Below are positions 24,250 to 37,175 of a stretch of DNA of 64,000 nucleotides, in pieces; position 1 is the first letter of the stretch, and each line of letters starts with the position of its first letter. The notes beneath the pieces are model-generated. The model saw nothing but the letters and a program-made list of their open reading frames with translations, made no database searches and was not told the DNA's origin. This stretch comes from Basidiobolus meristosporus CBS 931.73 (Eukaryota; Fungi; Basidiobolomycota), in the NCBI GenBank assembly GCA_002104905.1, contig MCFE01000112.1, forward strand, positions 103,008-167,007, given 5' to 3'. A program made the position numbers and the translations under genes.

Positions 24250-25504
24250 TGGCTGATCTAGATTGGATCAACCTGCAGGACCAAATTATTTTTCATAGGG
24301 TGAATACACTTCCTAGATGGTGCAGCCCAAAAGATAAAGATCTGCTGTGGCCATAAGAGCCTTGAGTACTTTACTACCTCAAAAATGCTGAGCTGGAGAT
24401 AAGACAGATGGTCCATCTTCTCATACAGCTTTGACATTGTCATCATGTATAGACCTGGTGTAAAACAAGAAAAACCTGATTGCCTCTCCATAAGGTTGGA
24501 GTATTGACTTGAAGAAGGGGATGATGCCTGTTTGCAAAAATGAGAAACCTGTACTGAGAAAAAACACTTTGAACCCCTTGCTACCTAGTCCTGAAGTATT
24601 ATAGCACCCTTCCTCCTGGAGAATGTCAAGATCAACTAAGCTACTAATTCTTCAGCCATGACTATCATCAAGTATCTAAAGTCTCTCACCAAATAACCAC
24701 CCAAGTTCCCAAACATCCAGAACCTATGCCTAGTCAACAACATTGTCTACCACAAGCACCAATTTTTTATGCCTGATCTTTCTACCCAATTGGACATCAC
24801 TCACTCTTGCCATGATTCAACAACTGCTGGACACTTTGGTATTGCTACAAACATGAATGCCATCTAATAGGAATTCTGGTGGCCCAAGATGATTTTGCTT
24901 GTAAATAAGTACGTCCAGTTCTGTGATAAATGCAACCATGCCAAAGCTGTCAGACACAACCCATATGAAATTCTCCAGCCCTTACCAGCACCTGATAAGC
25001 AATGAAAGTCAATTTCAATGGACTTTGTTACCAACCTCCTAAAATCAAACCAATCTAATCCAGTCTTAGTAGTGCCAGATACGCTTGCAAAGATGGCTCA
25101 CTTCATTCTCTGCTCCAAGAATGTAGATGCTAAAGAGACAGTCCACTTGGTAATCAAGAACATTTTCCAGCTCCATGGAATCCCCAGTGACATTGTGTCT
25201 GATAGAGGACCCTAATTTTTATCAATACTATGGAAGCACTTCATGCAGTATCTTGGCATAAAGTCAAACTCTCAATCTCATTCTACCCCCAGTTGAATGG
25301 TCAAACTGAAAGAGTGAACCAGATCCTTAAGCAACACCACCAATGCTACATTGATTATCACCAAGACAACTGGACCCAGCCACTACCAATGGCAGAATTT
25401 GCCTACAACAACTCATCCCACAGTACAAATGGTTTCACTCCATTCTATGCAAGCTATGGTTTCTACCCACAGTTTGATATACAGCTTCTGACAAACTCTA
25501 CAAG
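24250..25504 (+). mobile_element. Tf2-like Ty3/gypsy relic (RNase H end to integrase core), second family
   Basis: YRPG..Q.KPD.LS; MDFVTNL...KMAHFI...HGIPSDIVSDRGP; LNGQTERVNQIL...AEFAYNNS; many stops. Confidence 0.8.
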
Positions 25505-25630
25505 ACCTGGAAAATATTCTAAGTAAATGCCAACAAGGAATTTGGTCAGTATTCTCTAGGATTTGAAGGTAATAATCTAAGTTACTAAGTTAGGTGAGTA
25601 TTTAGGTGGAAGTACAAGTTTTTTACAACA
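25505..25630 (-). repeat. Partial Ty1/copia LTR (5' part), same family as 60853-61201
   Basis: The reverse complement matches TGTTGTAAAAA...CCACCTAAATACTCACCTAACTTAG...CTAGAGAATACTGACCAAATTCCTTGTTGG of the telomeric copia LTR. Confidence 0.8.
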
Positions 25631-26310
25631 TATTCAACCTCTCTGACTAGTGGTAGGTCAACAAGCTGCTTTGGTAATTTGTCAGAGTACTTTCCAGTGT
25701 AATGAAAATCTTTTGGGGCAGTGGGGCAATTTCTTCCTGATGTCAGACAGTCATTAGGAGCATTGCAGTACTTTACAGATAGCTCTGCAGAATCAAGTCA
25801 ATGTCATCTCTTTAACATTACTTGATCCAGTATCTAGCAGCTCACAGTCTAGTCTTGCAGGCAATAGTGGATAAGTATTCCCTTCCCTGTAGATTTATGT
25901 TTTATGAGTTCTCCAATTGATCAGTGGGCTAGAGTGGATTAGCTAGGATTTGCCAAGTACAAGGACATATTTGCAGTTCCTAAATATATATATGTTTGTA
26001 GTTCTTCCGCATAATCATTTATCTTCATACAGGTTGGTTGAGTAATACAGTTGAACATATTTGATTTTCCATCTGCAGATGATACTAATATTGACTTGGC
26101 ACTTTGCAAGTTGATTCCAGTTATTAGCTCAGCTGATTTGATATGTATGTAAGTGAGGCTCCTGAATAAATCATAATCTTAGCTGGCATTCCATTCTTCA
26201 GTCTGTGTCAATAGAGTGATTTTCCTGAATTTGAAGCAACTTGGCCAAGTATACTCTGGATCTTGGCCTGGCATGGTATGGTCAGAAAATATTCAAAGAG
26301 CAATAGAAAC

Positions 26311-26618
26311 TGCTATGAGAAATATTTGATGAAGGCCAGCAAGATAACAGCTAAATTCCATATGAAATCCAAGTCTCCTCAAAGTTACAGCTTTTGATAC
26401 TTGAAGCTACAGCTATTTTGAGAATATGTGGATATTTTGTATCAAAGGACTTGTGTCAACTTAGCCCTCATACCAGCTTGGGAGGCAACTAGATTGCTGT
26501 TGCCTAAGTTAAAAGCACTTGGAAGATTTGGCAAAATTCACTGACTGAATCTCAACTAAATGCTAGCTAAAAACTGTCAAGCAAAAGTAAGAAATTCAAG
26601 TACAAGCTTTTCATAGGG
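26311..26618. mobile_element. ~310-bp family-B MITE-like repeat (imperfect TIR CCCTATGAAAA/TTTTCATAGGG)
   Basis: Shares GATGAAGGCCAGCA... and ...TTTTCATAGGG with copies at 30251, 39658, 41030 and 41963. Confidence 0.65.
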
Positions 26619-28389
26619 ACCATTATACTAAAACACTATCACTCTCCAAATAACAACACCAAGAGTGTACACCTTCTGCAAGAGGAATGCACTGAAGTTG
26701 ACATCAAAATGCATGAAAGTTGGCAAGAACTTTTTCAACAGTAAAGCTATGGGATTGAACAATTGGAGTGGGAAAACAGCTCAGGGAGGAGAAGGAATAA
26801 ATTAGTATCAAACCTTAAGGTATTTTGTAGATATCCAAGAGCTGATAATGGCAACAGTGGGCTTCATGGAGCATATGTTGGCTAAGTGCATAAGCTACTG
26901 GCAATGTAAGGAATATGGAAGCTTTGCCAGCATCTAGTAAAAATACTGGCTGGTGGAGGTAATCTTCATATATCATAAATTGATTATTGAGTGGCAAACT
27001 GATGCTATGATAAGACCATAGTAAGACAGTGGTAAGGGCATCAAAGAACCATTAGTATACTGTCAGGTTTTTCATATATAATGGGGATTTCTGATGGTAT
27101 AGACAGCCAATAAGTATTAAGAGTTTGTAATAGGGCTGTAATGGGACCATTGAGGAGCCACCACTACATCATTAAATTTTTTCCCAAAAGTGGGAATTCT
27201 GGTGATAGTTGTGGTTGAGGAATATAGGGAATCAAGAATAGAGCCATAATATGGCCATTATGAGAATGTACAGATACCTATTGAAAGCAGTCAAGATTTG
27301 ATGGGGAAAACTGACTGGAACCACCATTATAAGGCTGTCAAGACCATGTGGTAAACTGCCTGAAATCAACGCTAAAAGGACTCATATTGCATCATTGCCA
27401 GATGTTCACACAGTAATCCAGATCCAATTCACCCAAAAAGTCAATTGATTTTTCATAGAGAAGCAAATTGATCTTGTCCTGCATTACATGCTCAGAAAAT
27501 ACTCCAAGAGTAATAGAAGCCCTTATGAAAAATTTTTGAAGAAGGCCAGCAGGATGCCAGCTAAATAACATATGAGATCCAAGGCTCCTTAAAATTACAA
27601 TTGTTGATACTTTGCCTAAGAAATTTTTCTTAGGGAGCTGCCTTGTATGTAAGAACAAGTGTAGGAAAGCAAGTATGCAAAATGTTGCTAAGGTGACCAT
27701 CATATGTGTGGCTGAGTGCTCTAAACAAGCACAAAGGTCATTAGGTACCTGCAAGATATGCTGCTATTAAAATGTGGGCAACAAAGAAGCTGTGGTCCCA
27801 GTGGTTGTTCAGGAATAGATGCCTCAAAGTGCACTATACCTCTAGTGAGAGTGTTAATGAGGGAGCTAATCATAGCATAGGCAATGGCAAAAGAGAATAA
27901 ATGCAAGTTAATCACAAAAGAACAAGAGAAACATCAAAGAAAAGCCAGTTTTCACTGTCATGGTCACCTGACAACCTTGACCTTTCATGATTTGACTAAA
28001 TCAAGTTGGCAAAGAAGTCCCAGCTCTTTCTAGATAGTTCTACTACATTCTAGCAACTTCTTGAAAGCCCCAATTCAACCTTACACAATGGAACATTCTA
28101 TGGAAGCTTCCATTAGGAATTTATATAGCTCAATACAGACTATGGTAATTGCATGTTACATTACCTAGTCATATCATCAGCTGACTCTTGGCATATCCCC
28201 ATATGATGTTCTAGTCTGTTCTTTAGTATATTTCTATTTTGACACACTTACTGTGCCTCACCCTGGAACTCCATTGGTATTAGCCAATATATCTTAGCAT
28301 CCATATTGCCAAGAAGTATATTTAGCTCTATTCCTCCTAATGTATTCCTCAGTCTGATAAGCACATGTCTTCATCAAACAGCCTTGCCT

Positions 28390-30240
28390 TTAAAATCTGC
28401 CTTGCCTTGTTGATCCACACCTAAGTCCTTTCCAGGTCTTGCCTTGCCTAGCTGTACTCTCCTGCCTTGTGTCTATCCATAACAGTTGGTGCTGGTGATG
28501 GATGATGTCATTGACTAGATGTATGTGCTGGAGGTTTGGGAACTTGGGTGGTGGGTCAGTGGGAGACTTGAAATATTTCTTGATTTTTGCCACTGCAGAG
28601 TTGGTGGCTTGGCTTGTCCAGATTTTCTCAAGGAGTAAAGCTGCTGTAATACTGGAGGACTGGGTTGCAAGGAGTTCAAAGTATCTTTTGTTGAGTACAG
28701 GGTTTTGTATTTACCAATAGCAATCATCCCCTTCTTCAAGGGAATACTCCACCTTCTGGACAGGGCATCAGGTTTTCCTTGTTTCACACCAGTTCTATAG
28801 GTGATGACAAAGTCAAAGCTAGACAGTAAGAGGGACCATCTGGCTTGTCTCTGGTTTAGTACTTTGAGGTGGTAAAGTACTTAATGGTTGTGTGGTCAAA
28901 GTAGAGCTTTATCTTTTGGGCTGCACAAGCAAGGTAGTATCTCCATTGTTTAACAATAACAATTATTGCAAGTAATTCCTTGTCATAGATATAATAGTTT
29001 ACTTCAGCTGGAGTAAGCTTTCAAGAGTAGAATGGAATAAGGTGTAGCATATACTTGTTAGCTTACTGGGTAAGAATGGAACCCAGGGCAAAGTCAGAGG
29101 CATTGGTTTCTATGATGAAAGGCTTTTCAAGGTCAGGATGAGCAAGCAGGGGCACACAAGAAGGATTTCTTGATAGAATCAAAGGACTCAGACTGTTCCT
29201 CATTCCAGGCAAAGGGCAGGTTTTTCTGGATGAGCTTTGTCAAAGGAGTGACTATCTTGGAGTAGTTGGCAATGAATCTACAGTAGAAGTTGGTAAATCC
29301 AAGGAAGTTTTGCACTTCTTTTACAGAACAGAGAGTATTCCAGAACTGGATAGCTTCTACTTTCTTGGGGTCCATTCTTGTTCCATTTGAGCTTATAAGA
29401 TAACCGTGGAACTCCACTTCTTCTGTTCAAGCTCACATTTTTCCAGTTTGGCATAGAGGCCAGCAGTGTCAAGCTTGGTCAAGACTTTCTTCACATGGGA
29501 ATTATATTTTTCTTGAGTCTTGGAGTAGATCAGGATATCATCAAGGTAGATGACTACAAATTGGTCAAGGTACACACAGAATATGTCATTCATCAGGTGT
29601 TGAAAAACAGCTGGGGCATTGGTGATACCAAATGGCACAACTTTATACTCAAAGTGACTTGTTCTTGTTCTGAAGGCAGTTTTCCATTCATTGCCAAGCT
29701 TGATCCTGACCAGATTATAAGCTCCTCTGAGATCAATTTTGTTAAATGCTTTGGCAGCACAGAGTTGATCCAACAGGGTGTTGATCAGGCACAAATAGTG
29801 GTAGTTCTTGATTGTGATCTTATTAAGTGCATTGTAGTCTACAATCATCCTAAGGGTACCATTCTTTTTGTTGACAAAGAGGATTGGGGCACCAGCTGGG
29901 GACTTGGAGTACTAAATTAAGCCTTTCTGGAGGTTTTCCTTGATATAGCTATGGAGTTCTTTCAACTAAGGCTGTGAGAGGTTGTACATAGGGCCCAAAG
30001 GTGGGGATTTTCTGTCTTCAAGCTCAGTGGGATAATCATAGGGTCCATGTGCTGGGAGTAGTTATGCTTTCTTCTTATCAAAGACATGGGCAAGCTCTTG
30101 ATACTTGGCAGGTATGCCATTGAAGGGGTTCTATCAGTGATGATGGGCTCCTGGGTCTGAGGTAGCTTGGGAAAAGATACTTCTTCACCTGAGAAGCCAG
30201 GTGCTTTCACAGTGAGGACATGATGGACCCTGGGGAATAA
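28390..30240 (-). mobile_element. Tf2-like Ty3/gypsy relic (RT and RNase H), same family as 24250-25504
   Basis: [13 protein letters not shown]...[32 protein letters not shown]; MDPKKVEAI..W; KPDALSR; frameshifted. Confidence 0.88.
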
Positions 30241-30250
30241 ACATCAAATA

Positions 30251-30560
30251 TCCTATGAAAAATTTTGAACTTGGATTTTTTACTTTTACTTGATGGTATT
30301 CAGCTGGCATTTAGCTGGGATTCTGCCAGTGAGTTTCATTAAATTTTTCAAATGCTTTTACCTTGGGGAACAGCAATGTAGTTGCCACCCAAGTTGGTAT
30401 GAGGGCAAATGTTGCACATGCCCTGCTGTATGATACATGCACATATTATCATAGTAGCTGTGACTTCTAATATTGAAAGTAGTAATTTTAAGAAGACTTG
30501 GACTTCATACAGTAGTTGGCTGGCATCTTGCTGGCCTTCATCAAATATTTTTTCAGAGGG
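30251..30560. mobile_element. Family-B MITE-like repeat (reverse orientation)
   Basis: CCTATGAAAAA...TGCTGGCCTTCATCAAATATTTTTTCAGAGGG. Confidence 0.65.
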
Positions 30561-31258
30561 AGTAGTAAACGCTGCATGCTAAGTTAGGTCAATATCCCTC
30601 CATAGCCAGCAGGACATACCAAGGAGTCAAAGGTTGCTATCTCAAGAGGTTAAGGTGCAGCTTGTGGAATAAACCTCTTACAAGCACAAAGCTGAATGTA
30701 TAGACCACTGTTGCTATGAGTTAATTCTCTTCTACACTTGATCTAATGTGTAGAGAAAATAAGGCAGTACTCCAGCTGCTAGGAGCTTTCTATGGTGCAA
30801 ATGTGTAGTGAAATAGGATGAAGGGTTAAGTTATATGGACTGCAGTTTTCAAAATTTGATCTTGAACATTACATCAAATTCCATGTAGGATCAGATGTGA
30901 TTGCATGTGAGAGGTAGTCTTGAATGGGAGGAAAAGAGTAAGCACCAGTGTGCTCATGGAAATACATAAGCACATGGCATCCTGAAGCAAGGTACCTCCA
31001 ATTAGTTGATGGTAAGTTAAGTAAGGAATGGCTGGCTTTGATTCAAAAGTAACTAAATTGGTTTTAGGATAACTTTACAAAAGCATGCTCAAAGTCAGTT
31101 GGGAATATGTTTCACCTTTTAATTTGAGTCCATGAAAAGAGAGTAGACAATGCATTGCAAAGAGGGACTAAGATTCAGCAGGGAGAAAAAATTTACTGAA
31201 AAAGTAAGTAGAAGTATTATGTCAATATCAAAAAGGTGCTGATGGTAAAGGTGTCAGC

Positions 31259-31605
31259 TGTTGCAAATTGTAATTTTACACCTAAATATTTACCAAACTT
31301 AGCCACCTAGACTCTACTTAGTGATTTCCAATTATTCCCTGACTCAATTTCCTGTTGGGATCTACTTGGAATATTTTTACCAATTTATCAGGTGCCCAGA
31401 ATATGACTTTTCTTGGAGTGGTCCAAAAGACTCCAAATTTTGCACACAAGCTCTTGGGACCTTCCTAAATACATTCCACACGTTTTTTTGCCAAAACTTT
31501 GTAAAATTACAAATACCATGTTTACAATCCATGAATAATAAAGTGAAAACCAAATAATCAACCAGTTCACCCATCACTTCCAATACCTGACAAAATCTCG
31601 CAACA
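31259..31605 (+). repeat. Diverged solo Ty1/copia LTR
   Basis: TGTTGC...GCAACA, 347 bp, collinear with 60853-61201 (CACCTAAATA, TTGGGA..TACTT.GAATATTTT, TTTGCACACA.G.TCTTGGGACCTTCCT). No TSD found. Confidence 0.7.
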
Positions 31606-32034
31606 GCAACAACCAGTAATTTGATTGTAAAATGGGTATGGTATGAATAGTACATGGCGTACGGCAGCTTTGCCAGTATTGCGGTCAAAACTGATAAGTC
31701 CAGGTAGTACAGCCAAGCCAAGCCAACCAATCATCCAGTTTGATCTTGAGTCATATTCTTTACCCGCCTAAGCACAAACCCAGATTGTAATCATTGTGCT
31801 GTATGGCATTGTGATTGTTGGAGTAAGTATAAGAGATTGGCCCGTAAGTACTTCAAGGACAGATATGTTGAATAAATAAACATATCATGTGGTCATCTTA
31901 TATAAAGCTGTTTATACAATCGGCACTACAATTGCAACCATCACCATTGTTTAGGCAGGTTTTTTACACAATACATTTATGTTTATTTAATTTGAGTTAA
32001 ATTGCAATTGGATATGGTATATAGTTAATGATTA

Positions 32035-33090
32035 CTAATTACACATAAAGTAAGAAGGAAAGTCGAGCAATTGTTTGTCGGATATATGCTTATAAGGGTC
32101 TGCTTCGTCTTTGAGTACAAAGCATCCACGGTAATTTGTTGCACTCAGTAAATAGAGAGTCAGCATATTCCATGAATTAGCTTTAAAGCTACTCATCTTA
32201 CTTGCGGTAAACACCTCCACGTACTCCAGGCAGCTTACACCTAGATAGTTAGCAATCAAGTATAGTGGAGTAGCACGCTCCAGGTTATACTTGAATGTTT
32301 CGTAGCAGAAGTTACTCTCTACCTTGGCTCCAACTAGACGTACTTGTTCCCGGAGTTTCCTAGCACGTCCCAGCGGCTTAAAGTCTCGCCATTCTGGGTG
32401 TTTAGTAAGCTGGGAAGAGCAGAAGTGCACATATGATTGGGCCAGATTGTAGTGGGCGACATTTGAAAGCACTAGTGTTGCTTTGCCCACGCAATCATAC
32501 TGGTGTATATGCTTACTCAGTTGCACCAGCGACTTCACATCATCGGTGATGGTCATTGCTGAAGAGCTTAGGGATGCAACACTCTTTTGCAATTCAGCAA
32601 GCGTAGTAGATTTCCGAGGGTTTTGTTGGTGTTCAAGGCTGATAAGTGATAGTTTTTCAAGCAAGGTGCCTATCTGGCCATCGTCTACACCTTGGCATTC
32701 ACCAGAACTTGCTATGAAGCTTCCAAACCAGCTACGGAAGTTGTAAAGCGCTAAACTGCTTGAAATATTTGGTGATGCTTCACTTGATGTAGCTTTTGGT
32801 GTCTTAGATGTACTTTTGGGCACTGACTTTGATTTTTTAGGCTGGCGGGTAGGTATGCTTGGTCCGAGAACAGTTAAATCGGCGGAGAAAATCGGGGCTT
32901 GTTGAAATGAAATATTGGTTGCTCCATCTTTTAGGATGAGGGCAGACAGCTTCTTAGTATAAAACAGCACTCCCATTGCAGCACAGAGCATACGATATCC
33001 TTGCTGGGGCCCGCTGGCCTGCTGGAAGCTCTCCACAACTGTCCAAAGTAGCTTATTATCCTCAATTAGCAGCTCCCACTCCGACATCAT
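32035..33090 (-). CDS. Hypothetical protein, 351-aa open frame (probably the last exon of a spliced gene)
   Basis: Long uninterrupted ORF with CpGs retained and a Ser/Lys/Pro-rich linker. The frame is open about 8 codons upstream to an AACAG acceptor-like site (~33115). No recognisable domain. Confidence 0.6.
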   Translation of the reverse strand: MMSEWELLIEDNKLLWTVVESFQQASGPQQGYRMLCAAMGVLFYTKKLSALILKDGATNISFQQAPIFSADLTVLGPSIPTRQPKKSKSVPKSTSKTPKATSSEASPNISSSLALYNFRSWFGSFIASSGECQGVDDGQIGTLLEKLSLISLEHQQNPRKSTTLAELQKSVASLSSSAMTITDDVKSLVQLSKHIHQYDCVGKATLVLSNVAHYNLAQSYVHFCSSQLTKHPEWRDFKPLGRARKLREQVRLVGAKVESNFCYETFKYNLERATPLYLIANYLGVSCLEYVEVFTASKMSSFKANSWNMLTLYLLSATNYRGCFVLKDEADPYKHISDKQLLDFPSYFMCN

Positions 33091-33599
33091 TCTGCCATGG
33101 TATTCTTGAATTACCTGTTATATACCAAATCCCTAATGGCCATCATAGTAATCAATGCTATATAAGCACTTCAATGTGGAAAATGAAAGCATTTATTGTT
33201 GTAGAAGGTGCCAAATAAAATTAAAATGATATTGATGTGGCCACACTACGGTCTTTGTGTAGAAATGCAAATTGACAACGATCTTCAAGCAGTCTTGTAC
33301 AACATTCCAGGCATATATTTAATAGAATTGAATGGATTCAATGTTGATTCACGATGGGTTAAGAAGTATTTGCAATCATTAACAGCAGAATTCAATCTAG
33401 TAATCATTCCCTGTTTGTGTCCAGTATCCATGCGCACAGATTCAGTCTTTGTTTCCAGGATTATATTGCGGCTGTACTCATGGCCTTTGTCAGCCAAGTA
33501 GTTTGTTGATTTCAAGCAACTGATTTATTTGCCTTGCTCGCATGGATATCCTTGAATCCTAGCAGTGTTATTGTTTCAGGCCAATATCCCTGCTTACGC

Positions 33600-34000
33600 A
33601 CTCCTTGATAATAAGGTTGTGCCGCTCCTCTATAGCAAGTATATATCCAATTCTGTAGCCATTACTTTCAACGTATACACAGCCTATAATCAGACTCAAT
33701 ATAATGTTGATTTATCAGATGTATCTGTGGAATACCTGGTCTTTTCATTATTGTGCGCTGATCTCTTGTACCTCTTTTGGCAACACGCATGACCATGGGT
33801 TGTAGGCTGTGTGATGAGGATCTACGGCTACTGCTGCTTAGGCTGAAAAGGGTTTAGTCCACGACCGGGGCTTAGTCAAACTGATTGGAGTTTGATGAGT
33901 GAGTGTTGAGTCTCGGTCATCATCCATATCATCTTACTCTTTATTATCACTACTCTGAGCGTCAACAGTGCGTGATTCTCTAACAATCCACTACCTACCT
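33600..34000 (-). pseudogene. Degenerate paralogue of the 35939-36487 secreted protein
   Basis: 33880-33760 matches 36120-35995 (GTCAAACTGATTGGAGTTTGAT, CTGCTGCTTAGGCTG, CTCTTGTAC). Confidence 0.65.
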
Positions 34001-34472
34001 TCAGGCAGCTCTCCAAGACGTGCTCTACCTGTTACTCACCCTTCTCCTGGCAGCCAAGTGATGAACGATGGCTACACTACATGACCAGGTGCAGTTAGTG
34101 TATCAGACGTTATTCCAACCATCCACGCCTACATATATTCCAGATGAGGACGATTACGGTCAACCATTATGTAGCCGATGCCAACACAGCTACTATTGCA
34201 AACATGGAAAATTAAGATTCCTATGCTGTTAATAATAATATAGGGAAAACAAAGCACGTGGAGAAACATGCATTATGTAAATACTCATCTCTTCCTCGGG
34301 CTTTTAGTGAGAAAAGAGGAATATATGTATATATATATATGTTCTACTCCATCACCATCATCACAGACGGATTATACCTCCCTGCTTATCAACCATCATT
34401 TGTGATGGTGAATATTTATATGCGGGTGAGGGTTAATATATATGCCCATTATATTGTTCACTTGGTATCACA

Positions 34473-35047
34473 TTATTCATAATATTTCCAGTAACTTCCC
34501 CAGAAAGAGTATATAAGCTTTATTAGACTACTTGGAGCGCAATTATCAGCACACTCTGTATTCTCCATGGGCTCCGTATATTGTTCATTTTGTTCAGGAC
34601 AGTCTGAGACACATTGGGTCTCAACCATGGGTGCCGAGTATTGCACATCTTGTGTGGGCTGCATAAAGACATAGGGATCCGAGGAGCCATCATCCGAGTG
34701 CTCAGCTTCCTTCTGCTTGGCGTATTCCAGTGCACTGGCTGAGCCCTCTGCTTCAAGACTGGGTCCTGCTTGATAATTCACGTTAAAACCTTTATCCGAT
34801 TATCATGTTTTCTAGTAACGGTGGTGAACACTTGACGCAACAATGGGGCTTGGATATTTGTTGTCTTGATGGTGGGTATGACTCGGACATTCTGATAGCA
34901 GCCTTCTGCATACTGTGCACATGGTGAGCTACGATAATGAACTCTTCTATATTCAGTGGTACAAGGAGAAGAGCAACTGATTGGGGCAGTAGCCGCAAGT
35001 TGAAGAGAAGCGAGGGTCAAAATCACTGCTGCTGTAGCAAAACGCAT
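34473..35047 (-). pseudogene. Secreted acidic protein (family S1), frameshifted
   Basis: Signal peptide MRFATAAVILTLASLQLAATAP and Cys-containing N-terminus; frameshift at ~34795 into NYQAGPSLEAEGSASALEYAKQKE...ECADNCAP. Confidence 0.7.
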
Positions 35048-35938
35048 CTTGTTGGATAGTTCCGTTCACACGGAAATACACTGATGAGTGTATCGCACAG
35101 CAGGTTATATAGTATAGTTTGGATACCCATGGTTCCCATACACTACTAATAGATTACAAATAAACTGTTAGGTAGTGCTTATATATCTATATATATATGG
35201 AGTTTATGGAGGTTTCGTTCAGTCGTTTGCATTAAGCATACTTTCTATTCAATGGATTATGTTAGTTTGAGTATCAATTAGCAAGCTCTCAGAATGAGCG
35301 GGCTATCCTCGCCAGGCTGTTGAAATAATCACCGGCAAGCTCATCAACTGAATAAAACCTTTAATCCCGAAGGGCCGATCATTCACTGCTCACAATAACT
35401 CATCTAGTGACTGGGAATGTACAATATACAGTCTTAACGTTTCCTAGAGGGTGTAGCGCTATATTTACAACAGAAGAAATGAGGAAAATTTTCACAATTA
35501 GACCCACAATTTTGGGGATAAAAAATTGAAGGTATTATTATAACGAAAGATATTCCTTCAACTTGACAATGAAATAATGATCTACGTAAGAACAGTGCCA
35601 TTCCTGTGTGCACGCTTCGAGTGCTAGCTTGACAACTCGTAGTATGAGTCATATCGCTTTTTGCTTCCTCAATGCCACTCTCTAACACCTCCCTGAGGTT
35701 ATCTGCTGGCTCTGTAGGTCAGCAGACTGTTATTGTGAGCGATATTAGAGAGAATTGCAGCGTTCTTGCTGGGAATTCATGAAGGATGAAATATAGTGCT
35801 TATCAAACCCAAGTTGCGGCTTATGTATATGATAGAATACGACTAGTAGCAATCATTGCTAATACTTGTAGTATGGTAGTTCGCCCACTAAGGCTGCTGA
35901 TGTTTCAGTGACTTCAAATGGGATATTAATGCGTAATA

Positions 35939-36487
35939 CTAATCCAAGTATCTGTTCCCGCTGAAATATCTGATCTTAAAGTACTTATGGGCTGACCTCT
36001 TGTACTTCTTACGGTCACCACCATAGCTACGCGGTGCCGGCTGAGTGATGATAATTTGGGGTTGTTGCTGCTTAGGCTGGTAGAGGGTTTGGTCGATGAC
36101 CTGGGCCTGGTCAAACTGATTGGAGTTTGATAGTGCATCAGCCTTATTGGAGGAGTGAGCATTTACTTTGTCCAACAAGGCCTGTCGTGGCTGTATATCG
36201 GCTATATTGAAGTCAGGAATACCCGACTCTGACTCTGGCTGGGTGGTAGTGTCTTCCATTGAGTCTCCGCCTTCACCTTCACCTTCGCCTTGGCCCTCAG
36301 TCATATCAAAATCTTCCTGTTCTGGCTGATAGTCGTATCCGGGTGATTGAGCTTCTTGGTAACAGGGGCTTACTTGTTCCCCACACGAATTGTCACCATA
36401 GCTGACCTGAGAAGTTTCATCAGCTGCAACAGGGATTGCCTCAATGGAGGCAATGTAGAAGGCCAGTAAAGCGATAGTAAGTTGCAT
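35939..36487 (-). CDS. Secreted acidic/Gln-rich protein with basic C-terminal tail (family S2), 182 aa
   Basis: Starts at the second Met with signal peptide MQLTIALLAFYIASIEA-IP; acidic middle, LSNSNQFDQAQVIDQTL motif, and RKKYKRS..KYFKIRY tail; intact. Confidence 0.75.
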   Translation of the reverse strand: MQLTIALLAFYIASIEAIPVAADETSQVSYGDNSCGEQVSPCYQEAQSPGYDYQPEQEDFDMTEGQGEGEGEGGDSMEDTTTQPESESGIPDFNIADIQPRQALLDKVNAHSSNKADALSNSNQFDQAQVIDQTLYQPKQQQPQIIITQPAPRSYGGDRKKYKRSAHKYFKIRYFSGNRYLD

Positions 36488-36959
36488 TCTTGTTGAGCAG
36501 TGTAGCACCGGCCACAAGCTCACTTTATAACCGTAGTTGGCATAATTTGTTATGCTAAATCCTATATCTAGCTCGGCAAAGTATCGACCAATGGCTCATA
36601 TATCCATAGATTTTATCTCGTAATATTGACAAACCTAGATGTTATGTAATCTATGTATGAATATTACTAGGATCGATATTTGCTAGTACCAACCTAATAT
36701 TGAATGCCAATCTTGAATGCCAATTGGTCAATTGATGTTTATTTATCTTTCGTCATGCAACCCAATGATTGGTTCACCTGGTCACTAATCAATAACACTG
36801 ATTTCACTCTGGAATATGAAATGCATGTGAAATGATAATCGACTCTTTATCTAGTTGTTATGAATAAAATGATGATTAACTTTGGCTAGATTATTTAGTA
36901 AACAGTACTTGGGTAGCTGATGATCATGTATAAAAGTATGGATAAAAGCGCCAATACGC

Positions 36960-37175
36960 ATTACAATACCTATATTCTATCCACCATAGTATTCTTGGCC
37001 CATCGATACATACAACAACCAGACACCATACTTTGATCCAACTGAATCATATTCATCGGCATACTACCCATCCGATGTCCCAGATGCCTCACCGTTGCTG
37101 GACAGCATTCAGGCTAACTCTGCACAAGATGCCTAAGCTCTCTCCAACTCAAATCAATACTCCCAGGTGTGCCCC
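36960..37175 (+). pseudogene. Fragment of an S2-like gene in the opposite orientation
   Basis: Translates as ...DVPDASPLLDSIQANSAQDA*ALSNSNQYSQV, resembling ALLDKVNAHSSNKADALSNSNQFDQ; has in-frame stops. Confidence 0.5.
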
